Shown: positions 1 through 7,981 of the stretch, piece by piece | Layout of the letters: every line of letters starts with the position of its first letter | Position numbering within the stretch: position 1 is the stretch's first letter | Source of the DNA: Gemmatimonadales bacterium | GTDB lineage: Bacteria; Gemmatimonadota; Gemmatimonadetes; Gemmatimonadales; GWC2-71-9 | Direction of reading: 5' to 3' | DNA: 60,920 nt | Assembly: GCA_013140635.1 (NCBI GenBank) | Contig: JABFSM010000063.1 | Span: 1 to 60,920 of the forward strand | The notes under the pieces: generated by a model | Seen by the model: the letters and a program-made list of their open reading frames with translations, nothing else | Databases searched by the model: none | What the model was told of the DNA's origin: nothing | Program-made: the position numbers and the translations under genes

Positions 1-382
1 TAACGACCACGCCCGCCACGGCGCCTGGGCCACCCCCGCCGGCCCCGCGCGGGCGGCGGGTTCCCTCCTGCGAGCGGCATATCCGGACGACACCTATTCG
101 ATCGGGTTGTTCATGGGGAGCGGATCGATCGCCGACAATTCCCGGCAGATCCGCCAGATGATTCCGGCGCCGGAGGGGGGACTCGAACATGCCCTGGCCG
201 GCGCCGGAACGGCGGCGGGGTATCTCCTGCTCGACGGCGGCCGCGCGGCCCGCGCATGGGCGGAGCGCCGCTTTCCTTACCTGCGGGCCGGGCTCGCAAT
301 CGATACACTCGCTCCCGGGAGAGAGTTCGACGCGCTGATCTACGCGGATCGCGTCTCGCCCGCGGCCTATCGCCTGCCGTAG
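1..382 (+). CDS. 3' end of a CDS entering from the left edge, function unknown
   Basis: The frame starting at nt 2 is open to the TAG at 380-382 (...FDALIYADRVSPAAYRLP*). The Met at 107 in the track is internal. No family motif recognised. Confidence 0.35.
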   Translation, partial: NDHARHGAWATPAGPARAAGSLLRAAYPDDTYSIGLFMGSGSIADNSRQIRQMIPAPEGGLEHALAGAGTAAGYLLLDGGRAARAWAERRFPYLRAGLAIDTLAPGREFDALIYADRVSPAAYRLP

Positions 383-383
383 G

Positions 384-734
384 CTACTCGCCGCCTCCCA
401 ACAGCAGTCCACCGGCGCGGACGACGAGCGCGCGCATCCGTTCCGTCTCCGCGTTCGCCACCCGGCGGCCGAATCCGGTCAGCCGATAGTATTTCCGGGG
501 CGGCCCGTCCGATTCCTCCACCGGCCCCTCCGTTTCGGCGATGAGCCCCTCCTCCTCCATCTCCTTGAGCGTTCGATAGAGCGTCGCCGGCCCGAGCAAC
601 CACCGCTCCGCCGGCGTTTCCTGCAGCTCGCGCATCAACCCATAACCGTGCCGCGGACCCTCCGCCAGCGAGAGGAGGATGGCAAAAACGCGCGGGCGAA
701 CCGGGAGCCGGCCTGCCGGATCGCGGTCAGACAT
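384..734 (-). CDS. PadR family transcriptional regulator
   Basis: Winged-helix PadR signature: ILLSLAEGPRHGYGLMRELQE...GPATLYRTLKEMEEEGLI...PRKYYRLTGFG. 8-nt overlap with the permease gene upstream on the same strand. Confidence 0.9.
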   Translation of the reverse strand: MSDRDPAGRLPVRPRVFAILLSLAEGPRHGYGLMRELQETPAERWLLGPATLYRTLKEMEEEGLIAETEGPVEESDGPPRKYYRLTGFGRRVANAETERMRALVVRAGGLLLGGGE

Positions 735-3477
735 TCCGCAGCACCTCGAGAGGCTCGGTGCGGACCGCGCGCCGGGCCGGAAGACTGCACGCGAGCATCG
801 CCACGCCGATCAGCAGACCGGCAATCGTGCCGTAGGTCAGCGGATCGAGCGGGCTCAAGCCGAAGAGCAGGCTTCGCAGCAGCTGTGTCACCAGCCCCGC
901 CGTGACGAAGCCTACCAGGAGCCCGAGGCCGGTCAGCCGCAGGCCGTCGCGCAGCACCATCGCGCGCACCTCGCGGCTCCCAGCGCCAAGCGCGATGCGA
1001 ATGCCGATTTCCCGCCGGCGGCGATTCACCATGTAGGACAGCACGCCGTACAGGCCAACCGCCGCAAGGACGAGTCCGGTCACGCCGAAGAGCCCCGCCA
1101 GGGCCAGCGCGACTCGGTTCGGAATGAGAGAGACACCGATGATTTCGGCGTACGGCGAATTGACGGCGATCGGAATGGAGGGGTCGAGCTCCCGGAGCAG
1201 GCTCTTGAGCGCCACGGCCGGATTCGCGGCGCCGGGGGCGCTCCGCAGAAGCAGGGAAAAGCCGCGCGAGGGATCCTGCGCCAGCGGCCGGTACACCATG
1301 GAGACCTCGCGATCCGACAAGCCGCGGTACTTGGCGTCGCGCGCCACACCGACGACTTCGGTGAGCGGAGCGTCCGGCGAGAAGCTCCCGAAGCGGAAGC
1401 GCTTCCCGATCGGATCTTCGCCGGGCCAGATGCGGCGGGCGAGTGTCTCGTTGATGATCGCCACCTCCGGCGCGCCGGCCCGGTCGGCGGCGCCGAACTC
1501 CCGCCCGCGCGCCAGCGGAAGGGTGAGCGTATGGAAGTACCCCGGCGTCACCCTCGCGAAGTCGGTTCCGAACTGTCCGACATCGGGCTGCGCATCGCGG
1601 CCGTCGACCGCCACGACGGTCGTCTGGTTGCCGAGATTGATCGGGAGGAAGTCGGTCGCCGCGACCTGGGTCACTCCCGGCAGCACCGCGGTCCGTTCGA
1701 TGAGCCGCTCGGCGAAGGCCATGATCTGTTCGTTCGACTGGCTTCCCACCTGCAGCTCGAGATTCAGCACATGCACCGGCGCCGGATCGAAGCCGAGGTC
1801 GATGGAGCCGGCGCGTCCCATAGCGCGGGTAAAGAGCCCCGCCGTCACCAGTAAGAGCGCCGTTCCCGCCACCTGTGCCACGACGAAGGCGCCCCGCAGC
1901 CGGAAGCGTCCGATGCGGGCGGAGCCGGGCTCGTCCTTGAGGGCGCGAATCAAATCGAGCCGGGTGGACTGCAACGCCGGCGCGAGGCCGAAGACGAGGC
2001 CGGTGAAGAGCGTTATGCCGAGCGCCGCCGCGAGCACCGTCAGATCGATGTGAAAGTCGAGCGCGACCGGGAGGGGCACCGGTGGCCGGAGCGCGCCGAG
2101 CCCGCGGGTGGCGGCAACGGCGAGCAACGTGCCGCCGATACCGCCCAAGAGAAAGAGCAGGAGACTTTCGGTGACGAGCTGGCGAATCAGCCGGCCCCGT
2201 CCCGCGCCCACCGCCAGGCGCACCGCCATCTCTCGGCTCCGCGCCGAAGCGCGGGCGAGCAGCACGTTGGCCACGTTGGCGCCGGCGATCAGCAGCACGA
2301 GTGCCGCCAGCACCAGAAGCAGGCCGAGGAAGCCGAGCACCGGGAGAAACACCTGTCCCGGCACGGCCGTGAACGCGCGGAGCTCGAGACGCCGGTCACG
2401 GCCGAGCCGTTCGTCGCCGGCTCCTGCGTCGGCGTAGGCCCGGTTGAGCGCGGAGGCCGCCCGTTCACGCGGCGTGTCCGGCCCGAGCCGAGCGACCACT
2501 TCGAGAAAGGTGTTCTGCCGGTTGGTCAGGATCTGCCGGTTCGAAACGATGGAGTCGAGCACCAGCGGCACCCAGAGCGAGAAGTCCATCGCGGCCGTGT
2601 GACCGTGGAACCCCGCCTCCGTCACTCCGACCACCGTCAGCGGCTGCCCGTTGACCGTCACGACGCGGCCGAGGATGCCGCTGTCCGCGGCGAAGCGCCG
2701 CTGCCAGAACGCGTGGCTCAGCACCATGACGCGGGGGCCGCCCGGGCCCCGGTCCTCGTCGGCGGTGAAGAAGCGGCCCAGCGCGGGGCGGGTCCCTAAC
2801 GTTGAAAAATAGTTGCCGGTCACCAGCATGCCCAGCCGTAGCTCGGGGTCTTCTCCGGTCTTGACGCTCGCCGGAAGCACCGTATAGCCGGCCAGATCGG
2901 AGAGCCCGCCGGCGGCCCGCTGCAGGTCGCGCAGGTCGAGATAGGAAAAGGCGTGGAAGCTGGAACCGTCCCGGCTCAACGCGTGGGCGGTGACGAGGGT
3001 TCCCGTGCCCCGCACTCCCGCCGGCGCGCGGAGCAGCAGCGCGTTTGCCACGCTCGCGATCGTGGTCGTGGCCCCGATTCCGATGGCGATCGTCAGCGCC
3101 GCCACCACGGTGACCATCGGCGCCGAGCGGAACGAGCGCAACGCGTATCGCAGGTCCTGAAAAAAGGTGTCCACTCTGGTGGCTCCACGTGGGGTAGAAG
3201 GATCGGGCCGGCCGGCGGCCCACCATTCCGGAGGAATGGTGCGAAGGAGGTCGAGGGCGAGCGCCAGGCCGAAACGGAGCCGAGCTGCACGGCTGCGGGA
3301 CCGCGCTTCGGCTCGGCCCTGCCGAAAGAGCTCGACCAACTCCTCCTCTGCTGCTTCCCGAAAACGTCGGGGATAGCAGGTGAGGAGCAACCGGTACGCG
3401 CGTTCGGAAATCGGGGCGAGGGGGCTTGGGACTATATCCACAAATGGATATACGTCCAAAACCCCTTGATGTTTCAA
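727..3477 (-). CDS. ADOP-type duplicated FtsX/MacB-like permease
   Basis: 916 aa. N-terminal permease-prefix-like helix (YRLLLTCYPRRFREAAEEELVELF) followed by two MacB/FtsX-like modules, each with a large extracytoplasmic loop and a C-terminal 3-TM bundle. Partnership with PadR is typical of the family. The exact start is uncertain. Confidence 0.85.
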   Translation of the reverse strand: MKHQGVLDVYPFVDIVPSPLAPISERAYRLLLTCYPRRFREAAEEELVELFRQGRAEARSRSRAARLRFGLALALDLLRTIPPEWWAAGRPDPSTPRGATRVDTFFQDLRYALRSFRSAPMVTVVAALTIAIGIGATTTIASVANALLLRAPAGVRGTGTLVTAHALSRDGSSFHAFSYLDLRDLQRAAGGLSDLAGYTVLPASVKTGEDPELRLGMLVTGNYFSTLGTRPALGRFFTADEDRGPGGPRVMVLSHAFWQRRFAADSGILGRVVTVNGQPLTVVGVTEAGFHGHTAAMDFSLWVPLVLDSIVSNRQILTNRQNTFLEVVARLGPDTPRERAASALNRAYADAGAGDERLGRDRRLELRAFTAVPGQVFLPVLGFLGLLLVLAALVLLIAGANVANVLLARASARSREMAVRLAVGAGRGRLIRQLVTESLLLFLLGGIGGTLLAVAATRGLGALRPPVPLPVALDFHIDLTVLAAALGITLFTGLVFGLAPALQSTRLDLIRALKDEPGSARIGRFRLRGAFVVAQVAGTALLLVTAGLFTRAMGRAGSIDLGFDPAPVHVLNLELQVGSQSNEQIMAFAERLIERTAVLPGVTQVAATDFLPINLGNQTTVVAVDGRDAQPDVGQFGTDFARVTPGYFHTLTLPLARGREFGAADRAGAPEVAIINETLARRIWPGEDPIGKRFRFGSFSPDAPLTEVVGVARDAKYRGLSDREVSMVYRPLAQDPSRGFSLLLRSAPGAANPAVALKSLLRELDPSIPIAVNSPYAEIIGVSLIPNRVALALAGLFGVTGLVLAAVGLYGVLSYMVNRRRREIGIRIALGAGSREVRAMVLRDGLRLTGLGLLVGFVTAGLVTQLLRSLLFGLSPLDPLTYGTIAGLLIGVAMLACSLPARRAVRTEPLEVLRNV

Positions 3478-3547
3478 TGCGAACCACCGGTCTCATTTGA
3501 CGCGGAACGGAAAAGGGGATACTCTATACCGAAGAAACGCCGAACCT

Positions 3548-4990
3548 ATGAAATCCATCCTCTTCATCGACCCCCCCGCCTTCTGTGCCACCGTCGAGCG
3601 ACTCGTCGCCCCGGGGCTCCGAAGCCGTCCCATCGCGGTTGCCCCTCCCGGCGCCGCACGAGCGACCATTCTGGCGCTGTCGGCCGAAGCGGCGGAGGCC
3701 GGCATCAGCCGCGGCATGTTGGTGCAGCGGGCCAAGAAGCTCTGCCCCGATCTCGTCTGCATGCCCCCCAATCCGGCGCTCTATGCCCGCGCATCTCGCG
3801 CGCTGCACGCGATCCTCCGGATCTACGCGCCGGTCATCGAGCCGCGCGGCTACGGCCATGCCTATCTCGATCTCACCGGCACCGCCCGGCTCTTCGGCCC
3901 GCCGGTCGACGTGGCGGAGCGGATTCGCCGTGAGGCGCTGGCGCGGCTTCGGTTGCCGCTCACCGTCGGCGTGGCGGGGAACAAGCTGGTTTCGGAGGCG
4001 GCGACGCGCGTCGGACGACTCGACGCGCGCCACGCCACCGCCGCCCGGGAGCGGTCCGACCGCTGGCCGCTCCTGGTACCCAACGGCACCGAGGCGCCGT
4101 TCCTCGCGCCGCACCCGCTGCTCGTCCTCCCGGGCGTGCCGGACGATATTCTGGTCCGGCTCGACGAGTATCAGCTCGAGCGGGTCGGGCAGGTCGCCTC
4201 GATCGACGAGAGCGAGTTGTGCGCGGTCTTTGGAAGGCGCGGGCGGAGTCTCAGAGCCCAATCGCGCGGCATCGACGCGCGGCCGGTGCTCTCTCCCGAG
4301 GCCAAGGCGGAGTTCCGGGCGGCGCACACCTTTGCCACCGACACCAACGACCTCGGCGTGCTGCACCCCCTGCTTCGCCGGCTCACCGAATCGATCGGCC
4401 GGCGGCTCCGGCAACGGGGACTCGTGGCTCGGCGAGTGACGGTGCGGGTGGAGTACGCCGACTATACCGCGTCGGCGCGCTCCGTGCCGCTCCCGGCGGC
4501 GATGCTCGATGCGGAGATGGGAGCCGCGGCACGGCGCGCCCTTGGGCTCGCGATGACACGCCGGGTGGCGGTGCGGACGGTCACCGCGATGGCGGAGGAA
4601 CTTCGCGAAGTGGAGCTGCAGTTGGCGCTCTGGAGCGACGCGGCTCCTATCCCCGCTCCCCTCGATGCGGTGCTCGACGAGATCCGGCACCGCTTTGGGG
4701 TGCGGGCGCTGCAACCGCTGTCGGGAATGAGAAGGCTAGGCCCGCCGGCGCAGCGTTTCGAACACCGAGCGAAAGCGGGCGTCGGTGGAACGCTCCAGCT
4801 CGTCGAGTTTGCGCGCGAGGTCCACGTGAGAGGCCAGCAGGCCGCGAAGTCGCACGAACACCCGGACGATCTCGATGTTGACCGCTACCGCGCGTGGACT
4901 CCGAAGGACACTGGCGAGCATGGCGATGCCATGTTCGGTGAAGGCGGAGGGGAGATACCGTGGGCCGCCCCAGTCGGCGCCGGCACTTGA
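3548..4990 (+). CDS. imuB: ImuB-like catalytically inactive Y-family DNA polymerase
   Basis: Y-family fold starting MKSILFIDPPAFCATVE. The catalytic SIDEAYLD acidic pair reads GYGHAYLD (Gly-His at 3854-3859), as expected for ImuB rather than DinB. QLALWS (4619-4636) resembles the ImuB beta-clamp motif. Start moved from 3497 to ATG 3548. The last ~85 codons are antisense to the ORF6N gene and look non-native. Confidence 0.8.
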   Translation: MKSILFIDPPAFCATVERLVAPGLRSRPIAVAPPGAARATILALSAEAAEAGISRGMLVQRAKKLCPDLVCMPPNPALYARASRALHAILRIYAPVIEPRGYGHAYLDLTGTARLFGPPVDVAERIRREALARLRLPLTVGVAGNKLVSEAATRVGRLDARHATAARERSDRWPLLVPNGTEAPFLAPHPLLVLPGVPDDILVRLDEYQLERVGQVASIDESELCAVFGRRGRSLRAQSRGIDARPVLSPEAKAEFRAAHTFATDTNDLGVLHPLLRRLTESIGRRLRQRGLVARRVTVRVEYADYTASARSVPLPAAMLDAEMGAAARRALGLAMTRRVAVRTVTAMAEELREVELQLALWSDAAPIPAPLDAVLDEIRHRFGVRALQPLSGMRRLGPPAQRFEHRAKAGVGGTLQLVEFAREVHVRGQQAAKSHEHPDDLDVDRYRAWTPKDTGEHGDAMFGEGGGEIPWAAPVGAGT

Positions 4991-5242
4991 GGTCACAGAT
5001 TGTGACCTCAAGATGTCCCACTCGGATGCCGTGAGGGAAAACATGAAATCCTCCGGGAAGCGCGCAGCATTGCGGCGAACGGCCTGATTCAGCGCCTTGG
5101 TTGAGACACCGTAAAGCATCGCCAGATCGTGGTCCAGCATAACGCGGCTTCCACGCAAGAGGATGATCCGCCGCTCGATGCGATGCACGAGCGCCGACCG
5201 TCTGACAGGAAGGTGAGTGGTGAGCGATCTGGCACGAGCCAT
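4736..5242 (-). CDS. ORF6N (KilA-N-like) domain DNA-binding protein
   Basis: Strong ORF6N signature: ILLRGSRVMLDHDLAMLYGVSTKALNQAVRRNAARFPEDFMFSLTASEW...LPSAFTEHGIAMLASVLRSPRAVAVNIEIVRVFVRLR. Confidence 0.8.
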   Translation of the reverse strand: MARARSLTTHLPVRRSALVHRIERRIILLRGSRVMLDHDLAMLYGVSTKALNQAVRRNAARFPEDFMFSLTASEWDILRSQSVTSSAGADWGGPRYLPSAFTEHGIAMLASVLRSPRAVAVNIEIVRVFVRLRGLLASHVDLARKLDELERSTDARFRSVFETLRRRA

Positions 5243-5332
5243 GAGAACCTCGAAGGCGGGATACCTCCGAAGTGAATCGATCGTGGGGAAAACGAGGTAT
5301 CGAAACCGCGCCGGGTGGGGCCGATCCGCGCG

Positions 5333-6355
5333 CTACCAGGCCAGCACGATCTTGCCGACTCCCTCGTTGCGCTCCATCGCCTCGTGAGCGGCCCGCGCGT
5401 CGGTCATGGGAAAGATGGCATGCACCACCGGCTTGAGGGTGGGGTCGCTCCGCACCGGCGTGCCCATGCTCTGCATCGGCAAATCGGTGCGGACATGCGC
5501 GCCGAAGCGGGGGAGCACCCGGTCGCGAAACTCGGCGGCCAGCGCGGCGCGCTCCTCGGGGCCGCGCGTCCGCATCACCGTCCCGATCACTTCGAGCCGC
5601 TTGCGGAGAATCACGTCGAGATTCGCGTCGGGCGCGACCGGGCCCTGCAGGAAGCCGAGCAGCACCAGCCGGCCGCGGGGCGAGAGCACCGCCAGATTGT
5701 CGGCGAACGCCGGACCGCCGAGCACATCGAGGATCACATGCACCGGGAGCACGATCTGGTCGCGGAAGGGACGCTTCGAGGTGTCGATGCCGGCGTCGAG
5801 TCCGAGTTCGTGGAGTTGCTCCAGCTTGGCCTTGGTGCGCGAGGTCCCGGTCACCGTCGCCCCCATGACCTTGGCCAGCTGGATCGCGGCGGTGCCGACG
5901 CCGCTCGCTGCGGCGTGGATGAGCACCCCCTCCCCACCGGCCACGCGGGCGCGGGTCGAAAGAGCGTCATACGCGGTAAAAAACGCTTCGGGAATCGCGG
6001 CGGCGTCGCGCCAGATCATCCCTGGCGGCACTGGGACCGCCTCCTGCTCGCCCACTACCACGAATTCTGCGTGGGCGCCGCCGCCGACCAGCCCCATGAC
6101 GCCTTCGCCCACCCGCCAACGGGTGACGCCGGTACCCAGGGCTTCGATGGCGCCGGCGTATTCGAGGCCGGGAATGTCGGTCGGCCACCCGGAGGGCGCG
6201 GGATAGGCGCCTTTGCGCTGCAGGATGTCGGCTCGATTGAGAGCGGAGGCGCCGACCCGAACGCGGATCTGCCCCGGACCGGGCTCGGGGGTGGGCACCT
6301 CGCGAAGCGCAATGACTTCGGGACCGCCCGCGGCGGTGTAGACAATGGCGCGCAT
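5333..6355 (-). CDS. NADPH:quinone oxidoreductase, zinc-independent MDR family
   Basis: MRAIVYTAAGGPEVIALREVPTPEPGPGQIRVRVGASALNRADILQRKGAYP..., Rossmann motif AAASGVGTAAIQLAK, C-terminal GKIVL. 340 aa. Confidence 0.85.
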   Translation of the reverse strand: MRAIVYTAAGGPEVIALREVPTPEPGPGQIRVRVGASALNRADILQRKGAYPAPSGWPTDIPGLEYAGAIEALGTGVTRWRVGEGVMGLVGGGAHAEFVVVGEQEAVPVPPGMIWRDAAAIPEAFFTAYDALSTRARVAGGEGVLIHAAASGVGTAAIQLAKVMGATVTGTSRTKAKLEQLHELGLDAGIDTSKRPFRDQIVLPVHVILDVLGGPAFADNLAVLSPRGRLVLLGFLQGPVAPDANLDVILRKRLEVIGTVMRTRGPEERAALAAEFRDRVLPRFGAHVRTDLPMQSMGTPVRSDPTLKPVVHAIFPMTDARAAHEAMERNEGVGKIVLAW

Positions 6356-6412
6356 GCAGAAGGGTCAACACGGAACGGTCAACAGTCAACACTACACTAG
6401 CGAGAGGTTCTC

Positions 6413-6805
6413 ATGCTGACGCAACTCACCCCCGTGCTCGTGGTCGACCAGGTCGAACCTGGCCTGGCATTCTGGGTCGACCGGTTCGGATTCAAGCAGG
6501 TGCACGCCGTGCCGGGGCCGGACGGGAAGCTGGTCTTCGGGAGTGTCGAGAAAGACGGGATCGAGGTGATGTATCAGACCAAGGCGAGCGTCATCGCCGA
6601 TCATCCGGCCATGGAGAAGGAGTTGGACGGCCGCTCGATCGTGCTCTTCATCACCGTGGACGACATCAACGCGGTCGAGAAGGCGGTGGCGGGCGCGCCG
6701 GTCGTGAAGCCGAAGCACGACACCTTCTACGGCGCCACCGAGATCTACGTTCGCGAGCCGGGCGGCCACACCGTGGGCTTTGCCCAGATGGGAACCGGTT
6801 CCTGA
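6413..6805 (+). CDS. VOC (glyoxalase/bleomycin-resistance) family protein
   Basis: 130 aa. LTPVLVVDQVEPGLAFWVDRFGF... and ...YGATEIYVREPGGHTVGFAQ are typical of the paired beta-alpha-beta-beta-beta VOC fold. Confidence 0.75.
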   Translation: MLTQLTPVLVVDQVEPGLAFWVDRFGFKQVHAVPGPDGKLVFGSVEKDGIEVMYQTKASVIADHPAMEKELDGRSIVLFITVDDINAVEKAVAGAPVVKPKHDTFYGATEIYVREPGGHTVGFAQMGTGS

Positions 6806-6819
6806 GCGGCTACTGCGAC

Positions 6820-7338
6820 GTGGCGCCCGGGCACGAGTGGCACGGGCCCTACCACGATACCGAATACGGCTTCCCGCTCCGGAGCGACGACGAGCTGTTC
6901 GAACGGCTCATCCTGGAAATCAACCAGGCGGGATTGAGCTGGCTCACGATCCTCAAGAAGCGGGCGGCCTTTCGCGCCGCGTATCATGGCTTCGAGGTCG
7001 GGCGGGTGGCGCGCTACGGTGCGCGCGACGTAAGGCGGCTGCTCGGTGACGCGGGGATCATCCGGAACCGGCTCAAAGTCGAGGCGGCCATTGCCAACGC
7101 CAAGACGGTGCTGGCGCTCCGGGCATCCCACGGCTCCTTCGCGGCGTGGCTCGACGCCCACCACCCCCGGAGCAAAGAGGAGTGGGTGAAGCTGTTCAAG
7201 AAGACGTTCCGCTTTACCGGCGGGGAAATCGTCGGTGAGTTCCTGATGAGCACCGGGTATCTGTCCGGTGCCCATCGGGAGAGTTGTCCGGTTTACGCCA
7301 AGATCGTGAGGCGGAAGCCGGCGTGGCTCCAGCAGTAG
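6820..7338 (+). CDS. tag: DNA-3-methyladenine glycosylase I
   Basis: YHDTEYGFPLRSDDELFERLILEINQAGLSWLTILKKR...AGIIRNRLKVEAAIANA...FTGGEIVGEFLMSTGYL..H.ESC matches Tag end to end. The called GTG start probably truncates the N-terminal Zn-ligand Cys (see findings). Confidence 0.85.
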   Translation: MAPGHEWHGPYHDTEYGFPLRSDDELFERLILEINQAGLSWLTILKKRAAFRAAYHGFEVGRVARYGARDVRRLLGDAGIIRNRLKVEAAIANAKTVLALRASHGSFAAWLDAHHPRSKEEWVKLFKKTFRFTGGEIVGEFLMSTGYLSGAHRESCPVYAKIVRRKPAWLQQ

Positions 7339-7457
7339 CCTAGAGCGGGGTCACGTCCACGTCGGCGAGTTGCCTGATTCGCTCCAGCACCGGCGCGAAT
7401 CCCACAAGGGATACGGCGTGTCCCGGTTCTTTTCGCGGGCGGGCCTGCATGCCTAGC

Positions 7458-7853
7458 TCATCCCGCGCAGGCCGTCGCTTCGATTTCGACCAGCCATTGG
7501 GAAGAGACGAGGCCGGCGACGAATAGCGTCGTGACCGCCGGCCTCACCCCCTCGAGGTGCTCCTTGCGCACTTCGACCAGAGTGCTCATGTCCTCTCGAC
7601 GCACCAGATAGAACGACATCTTTACAATGTCCTTGAGCCCCATGCCGGCGCCGGCCAGGACCGATGCGAGGTTTAGGAGAGCCTGATGGCACTGGCCCCG
7701 AAAATCGGCGGGTAGATCGCCCTCGGGACTCTCTCCGACCTGGCCGGAGATGTGGAGCATCCTGGCGCCGGCGCGAGTCTCGACGCCATGCGCATAGATC
7801 CCGTGGTATGGCGCCTTCACGGGGAAAGGATCGTGCCGAATCGATATGGACAT
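7458..7853 (-). CDS. RidA/YjgF family protein
   Basis: 131 aa. ...MLHISGQVGESPEGDLPADFRGQCHQALLNLASVLAGAGMGLKDIVKMSFYL...VAGLVSSQWLVEIEA is the YjgF/RidA pattern. Confidence 0.8.
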   Translation of the reverse strand: MSISIRHDPFPVKAPYHGIYAHGVETRAGARMLHISGQVGESPEGDLPADFRGQCHQALLNLASVLAGAGMGLKDIVKMSFYLVRREDMSTLVEVRKEHLEGVRPAVTTLFVAGLVSSQWLVEIEATACAG

Positions 7854-7981
7854 GGTGCTCCTCTTCTGAATCGAGATGATGCCCGGACTTAGCAGTTAGG
7901 CGGCGGCGGCTCGAATCCTACCACAGCTCGCTTTTCTCTGCTCGCCCTTTGATTTTCGGGTTTTCTTCGGTATTCTGGAAG

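Noticed and set aside
384-3477. PadR gene lying downstream of the ADOP permease on the minus strand, not upstream, as a possible anomaly.
   Set aside because: The genes overlap by 8 nt and are clearly co-transcribed. Gene order within such pairs varies, and I have no basis to call it unusual.
3480-3493. CGAACCACCGGTCT upstream of imuB, resembling a GAAC-N4-GTTC (Cheo-type) SOS box.
   Set aside because: It has a mismatch in the right half-site, there is no comparable site upstream of dnaE2 (7854-7981), and the LexA motif of this lineage is unknown to me. Not reported as a feature.
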